NCBI GenBank assembly: GCA_043803945.1
Contig: JAZDJN010000104.1
Coordinates: forward strand, 1-64,000
DNA: 64,000 nt
Source of the DNA: a bacterium
Lineage (GTDB): Bacteria; Bacteroidota; Ignavibacteria; UBA10030
Reading direction: 5' to 3'
Of the stretch, positions 18,903 through 28,608 are shown one piece after another; positions within the stretch are counted from its first letter, which is position 1; the number at the start of each line of letters is the position of its first letter. Position numbers and translations under genes: made by a program. The notes under the pieces were generated by a model. It was not told the DNA's origin and did not search any database. It worked only from the letters and a program-made list of their open reading frames with translations.

Positions 18903-19769
18903 ATGATCAAAAAGATTGCTGTCGTAGGAGCCACCGGCATGCTCGGAAGACCCGTCACTGAAGCATTGATTGCAGCAGGCTTTGATGTCACAATTATCGC
19001 GCGGAACATCGACAAAGCGCGAACGTTGTTTCCGGATTCTCGTATCATGCAAGGAGATCTGCAGCACCGAGAATCGCTTCTCAACGCCTTCAAGAATCAG
19101 GATGCCATCTATCTCAATCTCCATGTTCCTCCCACTGCAAAACCGGCCGATTTCCATGCCGAGTCGGATGGTATGATCAATGTGATCGAGGCAGCACGGG
19201 CATGCGCACTTAAGAGAATTGCCTACATCTCCTCCCTCGTTCATCGCTTTCAGGGAATGAATGGTTTTCATTGGTGGGTCTTCGACATCAAGAAGAAAGC
19301 GGTGGAACTCATCAAATCATCCGGAATTCCGTACACCATTTTCTACCCATCCAGCTTTATGGAAAATTTTCTAACGGGGATGAAGAAGGGGAATAGGATC
19401 ATGATGGTAGGAACTGCAGAATACCCGCATTACTGGATCGCCGCGAGTGATTACGCAGCAATGGTCGTCAAGTCATTTCAATTGTTGAATGATGAAAACA
19501 GGGAGTATCCCGTCCAAGGGCCGAGAGCTATTCGTCCCGATTTTGCGGCATCGATTTTCACTGAAACATACTGGAAAGAGCAGTTGAAAATATCTTACGC
19601 CCCAATGGGAATAATGAAGCTGCTCAGCCTGGTCAAACCGGAGTTTAAGTATTTCCTCAACATCCTCACGGCGCTGAATAAATACCCGGAGCGCTTTGAA
19701 TCGGAATTGACATGGCAGGAACTGGGAAAGCCTGCCATCTCTCTCGAGGAGTTCGCAAAAGAATCGTAA
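18903..19769 (+). CDS. NmrA-like NAD(P)-binding atypical SDR
   Basis: VVGATGMLG Rossmann motif, SGIPYTIFYPSSFMENF; AAGGAG RBS. Confidence 0.85.
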   Translation: MIKKIAVVGATGMLGRPVTEALIAAGFDVTIIARNIDKARTLFPDSRIMQGDLQHRESLLNAFKNQDAIYLNLHVPPTAKPADFHAESDGMINVIEAARACALKRIAYISSLVHRFQGMNGFHWWVFDIKKKAVELIKSSGIPYTIFYPSSFMENFLTGMKKGNRIMMVGTAEYPHYWIAASDYAAMVVKSFQLLNDENREYPVQGPRAIRPDFAASIFTETYWKEQLKISYAPMGIMKLLSLVKPEFKYFLNILTALNKYPERFESELTWQELGKPAISLEEFAKES

Positions 19770-19786
19770 GAGATGCAGTGTCACGT

Positions 19787-20944
19787 CTACACCAGTTGAA
19801 ACCGCAGCGCCTTCACAATGTCGATGAGATGCTGCTTGGTGGTGGGAATATCTACCGCATAGTGTGAAAACTCCCAACGGATACGGTACTCCGATCGCAA
19901 ACGCATAAAATATTTTCCGCGTTCAGACTCGGGAAGTGTCGAAATCTTCCGCAGCAACTCGTCATCTTCCTCCAGCGAATAGCAGGCACGGCAGAGATGA
20001 ATAAGATCCTCCTCGACCGTCCGTTCACGAGGATCGATCTGCAGCAGCGGCTCGGTCGGCACGGGGATGAGGTGGTTAAGAGTCCACTGATTCTCCCGGG
20101 AGAGAAATTCACAGAGCTTGTCGAACACCATCCTCAGGCCGTTCACCTTTCCATCCAGCGAATGGCCGGCTATATGAGGGGTACCGAAAAGACAAAACCC
20201 CAACAGTTCTGGATCAACAAGCGGTTCTCCTTTCCACACATCCAAAACCGCTGCCCCGAGATGGCGGGCCCGCAGGGCACGCTTGAGCGCTTCTGGCTCA
20301 ACCACGGGTCCCCGTGATGTATTGATCAGCACAGCACCGGGCTTCATTCGGGCAATGCGATGCTCATCAAACAAATGAACGGTTGCATCTTCCCCCGTTT
20401 TTGTAAGCGGAACATGAAGCGTTATGAAATCCGCGTCCATCAATTCATCCAGCGGGAGATATGTTGGATCTCCAGTCGCACGCCGCAATGGCGGATCATT
20501 CTGAAGCACACGCATTCCCAGGCTCTGTGCCATGACAACAACCTTACTCCCCACATTACCCGCGCCAACAACACCGATAGTTTTTCCTTTCAGGGCAAAC
20601 TTCTCCTGGACTGCGATATGCAGCAATACGGAAGCAATATATTCCGTTACGGACTTCGAGTTACACCCCGGTGCGCTGGCAAAAGCAATCCCTCTGCTGC
20701 TCAAATACTCCAGATCGACATGGTCGGTGCCAATCGTTACGGTACCCACAAACCGAACACTGCTCTCTTTCAGGAGTGCTTCGTTTACTTTTGTCTCTGA
20801 CCGCACAATAAGGATATCGGCATCACGAACCGCCTCTGGGGTAACCGCCAGCGTATCAAGCGCGATGACATCGCCAAACTGTTGAAATGCTTCAACAGCA
20901 TAGGGAGTGTGTTTGTTGACAACGATCCGTAACCGTTCCGCCAT
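19787..20944 (-). CDS. pdxB: 4-phosphoerythronate dehydrogenase
   Basis: LIVRSETKV, TIGTDH, APGCN, GAGNVG, DPP, LHVPL, INTSRG, LDVW, TPHIAGHSLDGK. Confidence 0.92.
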   Translation of the reverse strand: MAERLRIVVNKHTPYAVEAFQQFGDVIALDTLAVTPEAVRDADILIVRSETKVNEALLKESSVRFVGTVTIGTDHVDLEYLSSRGIAFASAPGCNSKSVTEYIASVLLHIAVQEKFALKGKTIGVVGAGNVGSKVVVMAQSLGMRVLQNDPPLRRATGDPTYLPLDELMDADFITLHVPLTKTGEDATVHLFDEHRIARMKPGAVLINTSRGPVVEPEALKRALRARHLGAAVLDVWKGEPLVDPELLGFCLFGTPHIAGHSLDGKVNGLRMVFDKLCEFLSRENQWTLNHLIPVPTEPLLQIDPRERTVEEDLIHLCRACYSLEEDDELLRKISTLPESERGKYFMRLRSEYRIRWEFSHYAVDIPTTKQHLIDIVKALRFQLV

Positions 20945-21107
20945 ATCTTCATGATCCTTTGTTCTTAATTACGAAATAAGATACAATACTTTTTGTTTGG
21001 GAGAAAGAAGCCGTCTCCAGGAATTTCAAATCACTGTTGCATTGATGAATCCTTTTAACCAAATTCTCCCTGGCTCGTTACTCTCACATCAGCGGCGGAC
21101 GAACAGC

Positions 21108-21812
21108 ATGGAAGAATTTAAAGCAAATCCAGGAAAGAACCTGACAATCGAGTTGGATGGCCAGAAGTATGCCCGCCTTCCTCTTCAAACCAAAGTCGTA
21201 ACAAAAGATGATACCATCCTGGCAATCTCTACGGCGTATGCACAACCTTTCCTGAAACCCGGCGATTTCCTGTTCATCAGCGAAAAGATAGTGGCAATCT
21301 CGCAGGGACGTGCTTTTCCAATCAAGGAAATCAAACCATCATTCCTGGCAAAATTTCTCGTTACCTATGTTTACAAGTCCCCTCACGGTATCGGCCTGGG
21401 AAGCCCCTGGACGATGGAGCTTGCAATACGAGAAGCCGGAGCCGTACGCATTCTCTTTGCTGCGTTCTGTTCAGCGGTGACAAAACCCTTTGGTATCAGA
21501 GGAGTATTTTATAAAGTTGCCGGACATAGAATTAACGCCATTGACGGGCCAACACCCTACACGCTGCCTCCCTATAATGAATATGCCAAGCTTCCCCCGG
21601 CAAAGCCGGAAAAAGTAGCATCGGAGCTCGCACAGGCACTCGGACACGATGTTGTAATCATCGATGCCAACGATCTTGGTGTTAATGTCCTGGGAAAATC
21701 GAATGCTGCCATCGAAGATTCATTCTGTCAAAAAGTATTCAAGGATAATCCTTTGGGGCAAACAACTGAGCGTACGCCTCTCTGCATCGTCCGGCGTGTG
21801 GATGTGAAATGA
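21108..21812 (+). CDS. CofE-like (F420-0:gamma-glutamyl ligase family) protein
   Basis: [59 protein letters not shown]. Start taken as ATG 21108. Confidence 0.8.
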   Translation: MEEFKANPGKNLTIELDGQKYARLPLQTKVVTKDDTILAISTAYAQPFLKPGDFLFISEKIVAISQGRAFPIKEIKPSFLAKFLVTYVYKSPHGIGLGSPWTMELAIREAGAVRILFAAFCSAVTKPFGIRGVFYKVAGHRINAIDGPTPYTLPPYNEYAKLPPAKPEKVASELAQALGHDVVIIDANDLGVNVLGKSNAAIEDSFCQKVFKDNPLGQTTERTPLCIVRRVDVK

Positions 21813-22297
21813 ATCATTCTATGACACAACACGAACAATGGATGCGGCAAGCCTTGCGTGAAGCAGAGCGTGCCTATGAACAGGAAGAAGTTCCTGTTGG
21901 CGCCATCATACTTCACGATGGAAGAGTCATTGGGAAGGGCTTTAATCAAATCGAGCGGCTGCAGGATCCGACGGCACATGCTGAGATGATCGCAATCACT
22001 GCGGCTGCAAATCGCCTGCAGTCACGCCGGCTCGAGGATTGCATTCTCTATGTTACACTGGAACCCTGTCCGATGTGTGCGGGAGCGATTGTCCTTTCCC
22101 GCCTTCCCATACTGGTGTTTGGGGCTTACGATCCTAAGGCTGGTGCCTGCGGTACGCTGTACAACATCACGCATGACCGACGGTTGAATCATACTCCGCA
22201 TGTCATACCGGGTGTGCTCGACAAAGAAAGTGAAGAACTCCTTAAACGTTTTTTTGGACGAGTGCGGAGTGTCCCCCCCAGGAATCCCGAGCACTAG
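21809..22297 (+). CDS. tadA: tRNA adenosine(34) deaminase
   Basis: [37 protein letters not shown]; ATGA overlap with the upstream gene. Confidence 0.92.
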   Translation: MNHSMTQHEQWMRQALREAERAYEQEEVPVGAIILHDGRVIGKGFNQIERLQDPTAHAEMIAITAAANRLQSRRLEDCILYVTLEPCPMCAGAIVLSRLPILVFGAYDPKAGACGTLYNITHDRRLNHTPHVIPGVLDKESEELLKRFFGRVRSVPPRNPEH

Positions 22298-22415
22298 TGT
22301 CTCGATTCACATGGTTCTTGAAGAAGTCCCCGGTTTGGAACTGCACATCATAGTCCGTTTTACTTCGGTATTGCCAGATGAATAACTCAGACTATCTCTA
22401 AAACTCGACACTCGG

Positions 22416-23483
22416 TTATACCTCTGCCTGAAGTTTTTCCGCCCGATCGGCGACACGCAAACGCTCAATCAAGCCATCGAGATCGCCGTCAATAATCCCG
22501 GAGAGATTATACAGGGTAAGACCGATACGATGATCGGTGACCCGGTTTTGTGGAAAGTTATAGGTGCGAATTTTATCGCTCCGATCACCGCTCTTCACCA
22601 TCGACTTCCGTTGAGCCGCAACCGAGGCGTTCTGTTCAGTGAGTTTAATCTCAAAGATCTTGGCCCGTAACATTTTCATGGCACGTTCGCGATTTTGAAA
22701 CTGCGAACGCTCCTGCTGACAGGCAACAACAATCCCTGAAGGTCTATGGGTAATGCGAACCGCTGTTTCAACCTTGTTCACATTCTGCCCGCCTTTTCCA
22801 CCCGACCGGTACGTGTCGATCTGGAGATCGACAGTATTGATTTCAACTTCCACATCTTCCACTTCAGGCAAGACCACAACTGATGCAGCGGATGTATGGA
22901 CACGCCCCTGTGCTTCGGTCTCCGGAACACGCTGGACACGATGGACGCCGCTCTCAAATTTCATCAATCCGAAAGCCCCCTCGCCTGAGACAGCCATTAC
23001 AATTTCCTTAAAACCGCCAATGCCAGTCTCGTTCCAGTCCATCAAATCGACCTTCCACCCTTTCCGTTCTGCAAAGCGGGTGTACATTCGATAAAGATCG
23101 GCGGCAAACAGTGCTGCTTCCTCTCCTCCAGTGCCGGCACGAATTTCCATGATGAAGTTTTTGGTATCAGTAGGGTCCTGCGGGACAAGAAGAAACTTTA
23201 ACTGTTCTTCCAACTCAACCAATTGTATTTTTAAGGAGTCATACTCTTCCTGAGCCATGGCCTTGAGCTCGGGATCGCTCGCCGAATCAAGCAATTCCTT
23301 GCTCCCCTGAAAATCGTTGCTTGCCTTCTTATAATGCTGATAAGCCGCAACGATCGGTTCCAGAGATCGCAGCTCTCTCCCGAAATCACGGAACCGTTTC
23401 TGATCGCTGATAACGGCCGGGTCCGACAGCAATTCCTGAAGCTCTCTGGCTCGTTCTATAATTTTCTCTAATTTATCAAACAT
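22416..23483 (-). CDS. prfA: Peptide chain release factor 1
   Basis: EIRAGTGGEEAALF, ESGVHRVQRVPETE (PxT), GGQ, RTYNFPQNRVTDHRI. Confidence 0.97.
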   Translation of the reverse strand: MFDKLEKIIERARELQELLSDPAVISDQKRFRDFGRELRSLEPIVAAYQHYKKASNDFQGSKELLDSASDPELKAMAQEEYDSLKIQLVELEEQLKFLLVPQDPTDTKNFIMEIRAGTGGEEAALFAADLYRMYTRFAERKGWKVDLMDWNETGIGGFKEIVMAVSGEGAFGLMKFESGVHRVQRVPETEAQGRVHTSAASVVVLPEVEDVEVEINTVDLQIDTYRSGGKGGQNVNKVETAVRITHRPSGIVVACQQERSQFQNRERAMKMLRAKIFEIKLTEQNASVAAQRKSMVKSGDRSDKIRTYNFPQNRVTDHRIGLTLYNLSGIIDGDLDGLIERLRVADRAEKLQAEV

Positions 23484-23533
23484 TCGTGAACCACTGTTTT
23501 CTGTGTTTGGCAGCAACCGTCATAGTATTATTC

Positions 23534-24613
23534 TTATGAAGCACCCTGTGGTGAGCGTTGCAGATCACCTGCCGTTTGCAGTGCATAGCGTTCGGGATCT
23601 TCCAATCCCAAGGCGCAGCGAAGTGCCACCACGGCTACTTCAATTTGCGCTTCATCCGGTTCTTTGGTGGTAATACGTTGGAGAAATAATCCCGGGGTGA
23701 TGAGTATTTTTCCCCACCAGGTTGTACTGTATTTCGCTGTAAATTTTATGAACTCATAGGCAAGCCCGCCGACAACCGGAATAAATGGCAGATGGGAGAG
23801 CAGCCGGACCACCAGAGTGATTTCACCCAGCAAGCTGATAAGCAATGCATCGAGCAATGCAAATGAAATGATGGCCACAAACATGACGATGAGCAGGAAA
23901 CTCGTTCCACAGCGGGGATGAAACCGGCTGTGCTCTTTCACAATGGCCGTCTGGAGTTCATTCTTCAACTCAAAAGCAAAAACCGATTTGTGTTCGGCGC
24001 CATGGTATTGAAACAATCTCCTGATATCCTTCAGGAGAGAGATCGCCGCCAGATAACCGAGGAGGATACTAATACGGATCAGTCCGGCCACCAGGTTGAA
24101 GGAGAATGCATCCTGTTCAATTTCAAAGACCTTTGTTGTAACCACAATCGGTGTCACAAAGAAAATGGCAATACCGATCGCCAGAGCCAGAGAAAGTGTA
24201 CCCACAAGCGCAAGCGTCGATTGCTTTGCCGGTTTCTCTTTCTTCGCCTGGCCATTACCCCCTTTTGCCCGTTCTTCCTGTTCCACATCGAGCATGGCGA
24301 TTTCGGCCGAGTAATTTAGTGTACGAATGCCAAGGTACAGCATATCCAGCAATCCGACGGCACCGCGCACAACCGGTACATTAAGAAACGTGTGTTTTTC
24401 AATGAGTGAGGTAAACAATTCCTTTTTCACGACAATTGCCCCATTCGCGCGACGCACGGCTGTTGCCACTGCTCCGGGCGCCCGCATCATCACACCCTCC
24501 AGTACCGCCTGGCCGCCAACCTGCATTGGTTTTGCAGGGTCGTAGAGCGGATTTGTTGGAATCCAACTCGATTGTTCTTTTTCTGATGCCACTCTTTCTC
24601 TCTCCTTTATCAT
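23534..24613 (-). CDS. DUF1385 membrane protein (putative metal-dependent enzyme)
   Basis: VGGQAVLEGVMMR, FQYHGAEHK, HPRCGTSF, LQRITTKEP. Confidence 0.9.
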   Translation of the reverse strand: MIKERERVASEKEQSSWIPTNPLYDPAKPMQVGGQAVLEGVMMRAPGAVATAVRRANGAIVVKKELFTSLIEKHTFLNVPVVRGAVGLLDMLYLGIRTLNYSAEIAMLDVEQEERAKGGNGQAKKEKPAKQSTLALVGTLSLALAIGIAIFFVTPIVVTTKVFEIEQDAFSFNLVAGLIRISILLGYLAAISLLKDIRRLFQYHGAEHKSVFAFELKNELQTAIVKEHSRFHPRCGTSFLLIVMFVAIISFALLDALLISLLGEITLVVRLLSHLPFIPVVGGLAYEFIKFTAKYSTTWWGKILITPGLFLQRITTKEPDEAQIEVAVVALRCALGLEDPERYALQTAGDLQRSPQGAS

Positions 24614-24641
24614 TCTAGTTTTGTAATCCTTCAGCTAATTC

Positions 24642-24886
24642 ACCACTGATGGCACACCGATTTACCCCGTTTAACGGGGTGAACACAGATGTTGAATTAT
24701 AAAATACGTCGAATCTTTTGGAGCCTTGAAACCCCAAAGTTAAAGAGCAACCCTGCTTGCAAGCCGGTGGTCTTCAAATAATTGAACAACTGTTATTTCT
24801 TCATACAAGAGGTCAATCTTTTTATTTTTATCGGTGATCATCTGCCTGCCCGCCGAAGGCACGCAGGCGGGTGTGCCATCGGTGGT
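24642..24886. mobile_element. Inverted-repeat-bounded cassette carrying a GxxExxY remnant, with hairpin inserts in both arms
   Basis: ACCACTGATGGCACAC (24642-24657) against the reverse complement of 24871-24886, ACCACCGATGGCACAC (15/16 identical); inserts ACCCCGTTTAACGGGGT (24664-24680) and CCTGCCCG...GCAGGCGGG (24845-24871). Confidence 0.7.
24697..24841 (-). pseudogene. Internally deleted GxxExxY (PD-(D/E)XK_3) gene
   Basis: N-terminus MITDKNKKIDLLYEEIT (from 24841) is joined out of frame to C-terminus QLFNYLKTTGLQAGLLFNFGVSRLQKIRRIL* (24792-24697), which matches the family tail QLLNYLKATG..GLL.NFG. The central GxxExxY core is absent. Confidence 0.75.
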
Positions 24887-24997
24887 TAGAAAAACGTCTC
24901 CTTACTTGTTTCCGCCGAGCAGTTCCCTTAATAATATACCAAACATTGACCCGAGGTTCAATCGTTCGGAGTGTCTACTGTTCGATGATTCGTGGTT

Positions 24998-25621
24998 CTA
25001 CAAGATGCTTACAAGAGAGGTAATCTTCGCCAACAAGAGTGTTGGATCGCTCGAATGAGGTGCTTGCTGGGGATTCAGAATATCTAATTGTTGTGCTGCC
25101 TGATAATATTGTCCAGTTGCGAAGTAGCTTTGTGCAAGTAAAAGCCGTACTTGCGTTGCGGTTACAGCAGATGCATGAGAGAAGGTATAAGAAGATCGCA
25201 GGCGCAGCACCTCAGAAGCAGAGGCAATTGTTCCCGAGAAATCCTTCGCCGCAAATTGTGCGTAACTTCGGCCAGCCTTGGCATCAATCTTTACGGGTTC
25301 AGGGGCTTGTGAAATATTCAACGCTTTGTCATAATCACTTAAGGCATTGGATAACTTTCTGCTCAGCAGGGCACTCCATCCCCGTCCGGAATAACCATCT
25401 GCCTTCACGGAATCTGTCGTTGCACTATTTATAGCATCAGTAAAAAGTAAGGAGGCTGCATCGTAGCGTTTGCTTTCAAACTCCTTCCATGCCCGCATCA
25501 GATATTCGGAAGCGAGATCGGAGTTCTGCGATGCAGAGGGATCGGAGGAGGTGGAACATCCTGAGGCAGCCAGGAGCGCGAGACATACCACGATCCAATG
25601 ATTGTGCTGCAGGATTTTCAT
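24998..25621 (-). CDS. TPR-repeat lipoprotein
   Basis: Lipobox LAASGC, Ser-rich linker and TPR-like helices (GYSGRGWS, LLAQSYFATGQY); ATGA overlap with the upstream peptidase. Confidence 0.8.
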   Translation of the reverse strand: MKILQHNHWIVVCLALLAASGCSTSSDPSASQNSDLASEYLMRAWKEFESKRYDAASLLFTDAINSATTDSVKADGYSGRGWSALLSRKLSNALSDYDKALNISQAPEPVKIDAKAGRSYAQFAAKDFSGTIASASEVLRLRSSYTFSHASAVTATQVRLLLAQSYFATGQYYQAAQQLDILNPQQAPHSSDPTLLLAKITSLVSIL

Positions 25622-28608
25622 TTGACCACCACGAGTTTTCGCACTGCAGAAAATTGATTCGCTGTCATTCGATACAGGTAGATGCCGGTTGATAATGCCG
25701 ATGCATCCATATGAACAGAATGCGTGCCGGGATTTTGCGTCGCATTGACAAGGGTTTTTAACTCACGTCCTAAGAGATCGTACACGACTATTCGTACATC
25801 TGCAGGTTCCGGAAGAGCATAGCGAATCGTCGTAGAGGGATTGAAAGGATTCGGATAGTTCTGATCGAGTATGTACGTCGCAGGCAGGGATAGATCCTCC
25901 TCCAAAGCTTCCGAACGTTTTACAATACCGATGATCCCCAATCGCTCTGTTGATCCCAACAATTCTCCTCTGGTTTGATCGTAGCCAGTCGGAAGGGCAA
26001 TCCATCGATCTCCCTTACGCAGAGCAAATGTTTCATTGTTCTGCCCGGGTTTAGCTTTTGCTCGCATCACGATCGCTTTTCCAAGAGTAAGCCCTGCCGG
26101 ACCAATTGTGAAAACCTGTCGAGGCAGTGCGGAAGTAGAAGGAAAGGCCCCGGGATCGTGAACACCCTCGAAGAGTGTCACATAGGTCGGGCCACTGACA
26201 GTCTGTTCCTCTGCGTGGATGGAAAGCAAATTATTCAACGATAATAAAGAGTTTGCTTCTTCACGCTTCAAGAGGCGAGCCGTGAAGGACACAAGTGTAT
26301 CGGAGTATCGGAGGCCGAATTTCTTCGCCGCCCGGACTCTGAACGAAACCGATCCGCTGCCAATCAGTCTCTGGCTGGTATCGATGAATGCCTTTAATCC
26401 TTCCACCATAGGAGTGAATTTAAGTGTCGTGGAACCGGCTGGCTGCAGGAACACTCCGCTGACACTGCTGGGACGAAGTTCATCATTACTCACGGCAATC
26501 ACATTGATATCCTCCGTCAGGAGAGGGTTTTGCAGATATCCCACAGAAATTTTTGGCGCAGTGCTGGAATCAGCGTATTCAAAAAGTGCCCGGATCATAA
26601 AATTATATCCATTCAACTTCCCCTCATTCATTGCACTGACTTCGCGCAACGTTTCCCACGTATTCGGTGAGCGAACATAGGTGGGACCCCGGAAGATGTA
26701 GGAATAATCCGTTGAAATGGTTTTATCGACACCGACATAGGTGGCAACAGAGTCATCGTCGTCTTCGAGGAAACCAAGATAGAGAGAGCCGGTAAGATTC
26801 GAGAGTTTCGATACATAGGCGCTCAAGTCGACATCCACAAAGGCGTTTTGCGGGTATTTCGCTCGATCGACTGTAACGAGGAATGGGTCGATCAGGTCTG
26901 TCCCCGGCCGGCCGTTCTTATCACCCCAGACGTGGAAGATAAAATCCTTATCGTCTGTCGCGAGACTTGTCCCGTTGGAAAATTCCTGATCAAAGGCAAC
27001 ATAGAAGCGCGCCTTTTTCAGAACATTCCCCTGAACTTGCGGGGAGAACCGGACAGCAAATCCGCGTGTTGGTGAATTATTTCCAAAACCGACATAGGGT
27101 GCAAACCCTGGAGAGAACTCATCAGGTGTACCATCGTCATACTTCTCTTCGCTCAGGAACCGTGTCAATTCTCCAACAGCGGAGTAGGAGTACGAAGCTT
27201 GCGCCGATGCATTGAGATTCATGATGGCAAACACGATTGATGAATTCCCGGAACCGATATCGAGAGAGGAATACTCCAAACCCAACGGTACATCCCGGAC
27301 TTTGATGGCAAGAGGTCCCGACTCAATTGCTCGGATAACAATCGATGGGTCGCCCGCCAGTAAGATTCGAAAATTCGACGAACCCTGAAAACTTATATAT
27401 TCTACCGACTGTGGTGAAAGGGAGCCGCTTCCGGAGACAGTGGGATCCTGATACTCTGCTTTGAGCACCGGACGTGCGCCAAAGGCAGACTTGTAACGGA
27501 AGACAGTATCGGTGGGATGCTGAACGATCCAGTTGGCTGTAAAAAAATCTTTGACGATTGCCTCAAATGGTTTGGTGATACCGTTCTGACTCGAAGCAGC
27601 CGCGAATCCATTGATGCCCTGCAGCGGCGATTGAGCAAGATTCTTGACATAGCGAAGGCCAAATTGCTCAGCGGTATAGAGCGTCCATAAGGCGGCACGG
27701 CTGTAATCTTCCAGTTCATTGCTCCAGGAGGTCAACATGACATTGGTATGGTTGAGATAGTAGGTTGGGCTTAACATGTCATAGCCGCAGATCTTCTCCG
27801 CATACATAGAGAGGCCTTCATTAAAGAATCCGGTCTCAAGGGGATCATAATTCCATTCAATCAGATGTTGAAGTTCGTGGGCGAGAGCGGTAAGTACCGT
27901 GCCGGTCCTGCGATTCCCGTTGTAGTAAATACCCGGAGACGAGTCAATATAAAGCAAGTCACGACGGTTTGAGGATGAACTGAATCGCGGATCCACATCG
28001 GCGTTAAAAAAATAACCGGCAGTAAATCCACCGGTTCCTGTCCACCCATCCTGAATATCATAGATAAGGAAATGTGTTTTCCCATCTCCTTTGTTTTTCT
28101 GAAAGTTATAATCGATGTTCGGCGGGTCGCCATATGCTTCGCGCATGATTGGCAATATCCCCCTTGCCGGATCCTGAGAAGACTCAGGGGTAGAAACCTC
28201 GAGGGCTTTCTGGATAGCATTCACTTCATTCATCGTCACATGGCCATTCGACCATTCGGTGACAGCGACCCAGATATAGGTCATCAATCCTATCAGTTTC
28301 AATTCGGCGCGGACAGTATCCAGCCGCTTGAACGCCCAGTTATAGGTCCAGAAGAGTTCCTGATCTCCGATATGCCGGTCGATGAGCCCCTTGTTCAATA
28401 ACTGCTTCTGCATGGCCCGATCGATTCCGGGGTAGTGTCGGAGCGTATTGTTCCATGCCTCTTCAATGACCTTAGGATCATTGAGTTCCATGGTTCTGCA
28501 TATTCGTTGATCATGATATTGCCGCTGTACAATATCCTGAGCCCTGGCAGAAAAGGTACAGGAGATCAGCAAAAGCAGGAGGAACAGCCTGTTCAGTGTT
28601 CGATTCAT
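25618..28608 (-). CDS. T9SS-secreted zinc metallopeptidase (M30/gluzincin-like) with C-terminal sorting domain
   Basis: Signal peptide; AGYF, LAHELQHLI...FNEGLSMYAE; C-terminal LDQNYPNPFNPSTTIRY...STGIYLYRM...KLVVVK. Confidence 0.82.
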   Translation of the reverse strand: MNRTLNRLFLLLLLISCTFSARAQDIVQRQYHDQRICRTMELNDPKVIEEAWNNTLRHYPGIDRAMQKQLLNKGLIDRHIGDQELFWTYNWAFKRLDTVRAELKLIGLMTYIWVAVTEWSNGHVTMNEVNAIQKALEVSTPESSQDPARGILPIMREAYGDPPNIDYNFQKNKGDGKTHFLIYDIQDGWTGTGGFTAGYFFNADVDPRFSSSSNRRDLLYIDSSPGIYYNGNRRTGTVLTALAHELQHLIEWNYDPLETGFFNEGLSMYAEKICGYDMLSPTYYLNHTNVMLTSWSNELEDYSRAALWTLYTAEQFGLRYVKNLAQSPLQGINGFAAASSQNGITKPFEAIVKDFFTANWIVQHPTDTVFRYKSAFGARPVLKAEYQDPTVSGSGSLSPQSVEYISFQGSSNFRILLAGDPSIVIRAIESGPLAIKVRDVPLGLEYSSLDIGSGNSSIVFAIMNLNASAQASYSYSAVGELTRFLSEEKYDDGTPDEFSPGFAPYVGFGNNSPTRGFAVRFSPQVQGNVLKKARFYVAFDQEFSNGTSLATDDKDFIFHVWGDKNGRPGTDLIDPFLVTVDRAKYPQNAFVDVDLSAYVSKLSNLTGSLYLGFLEDDDDSVATYVGVDKTISTDYSYIFRGPTYVRSPNTWETLREVSAMNEGKLNGYNFMIRALFEYADSSTAPKISVGYLQNPLLTEDINVIAVSNDELRPSSVSGVFLQPAGSTTLKFTPMVEGLKAFIDTSQRLIGSGSVSFRVRAAKKFGLRYSDTLVSFTARLLKREEANSLLSLNNLLSIHAEEQTVSGPTYVTLFEGVHDPGAFPSTSALPRQVFTIGPAGLTLGKAIVMRAKAKPGQNNETFALRKGDRWIALPTGYDQTRGELLGSTERLGIIGIVKRSEALEEDLSLPATYILDQNYPNPFNPSTTIRYALPEPADVRIVVYDLLGRELKTLVNATQNPGTHSVHMDASALSTGIYLYRMTANQFSAVRKLVVVK

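Noticed and set aside
22293-22415. Weak terminal similarity AGTGTC...GACACT across the tadA-prfA gap (possible IS scar)
   Set aside because: Only about 6 nt of inverted repeat, with no clear target duplication or transposase remnant.
22416-23516. Programmed frameshift in the release factor gene
   Set aside because: It is RF1 (PET motif) with an uninterrupted frame; the frameshift is a prfB feature.
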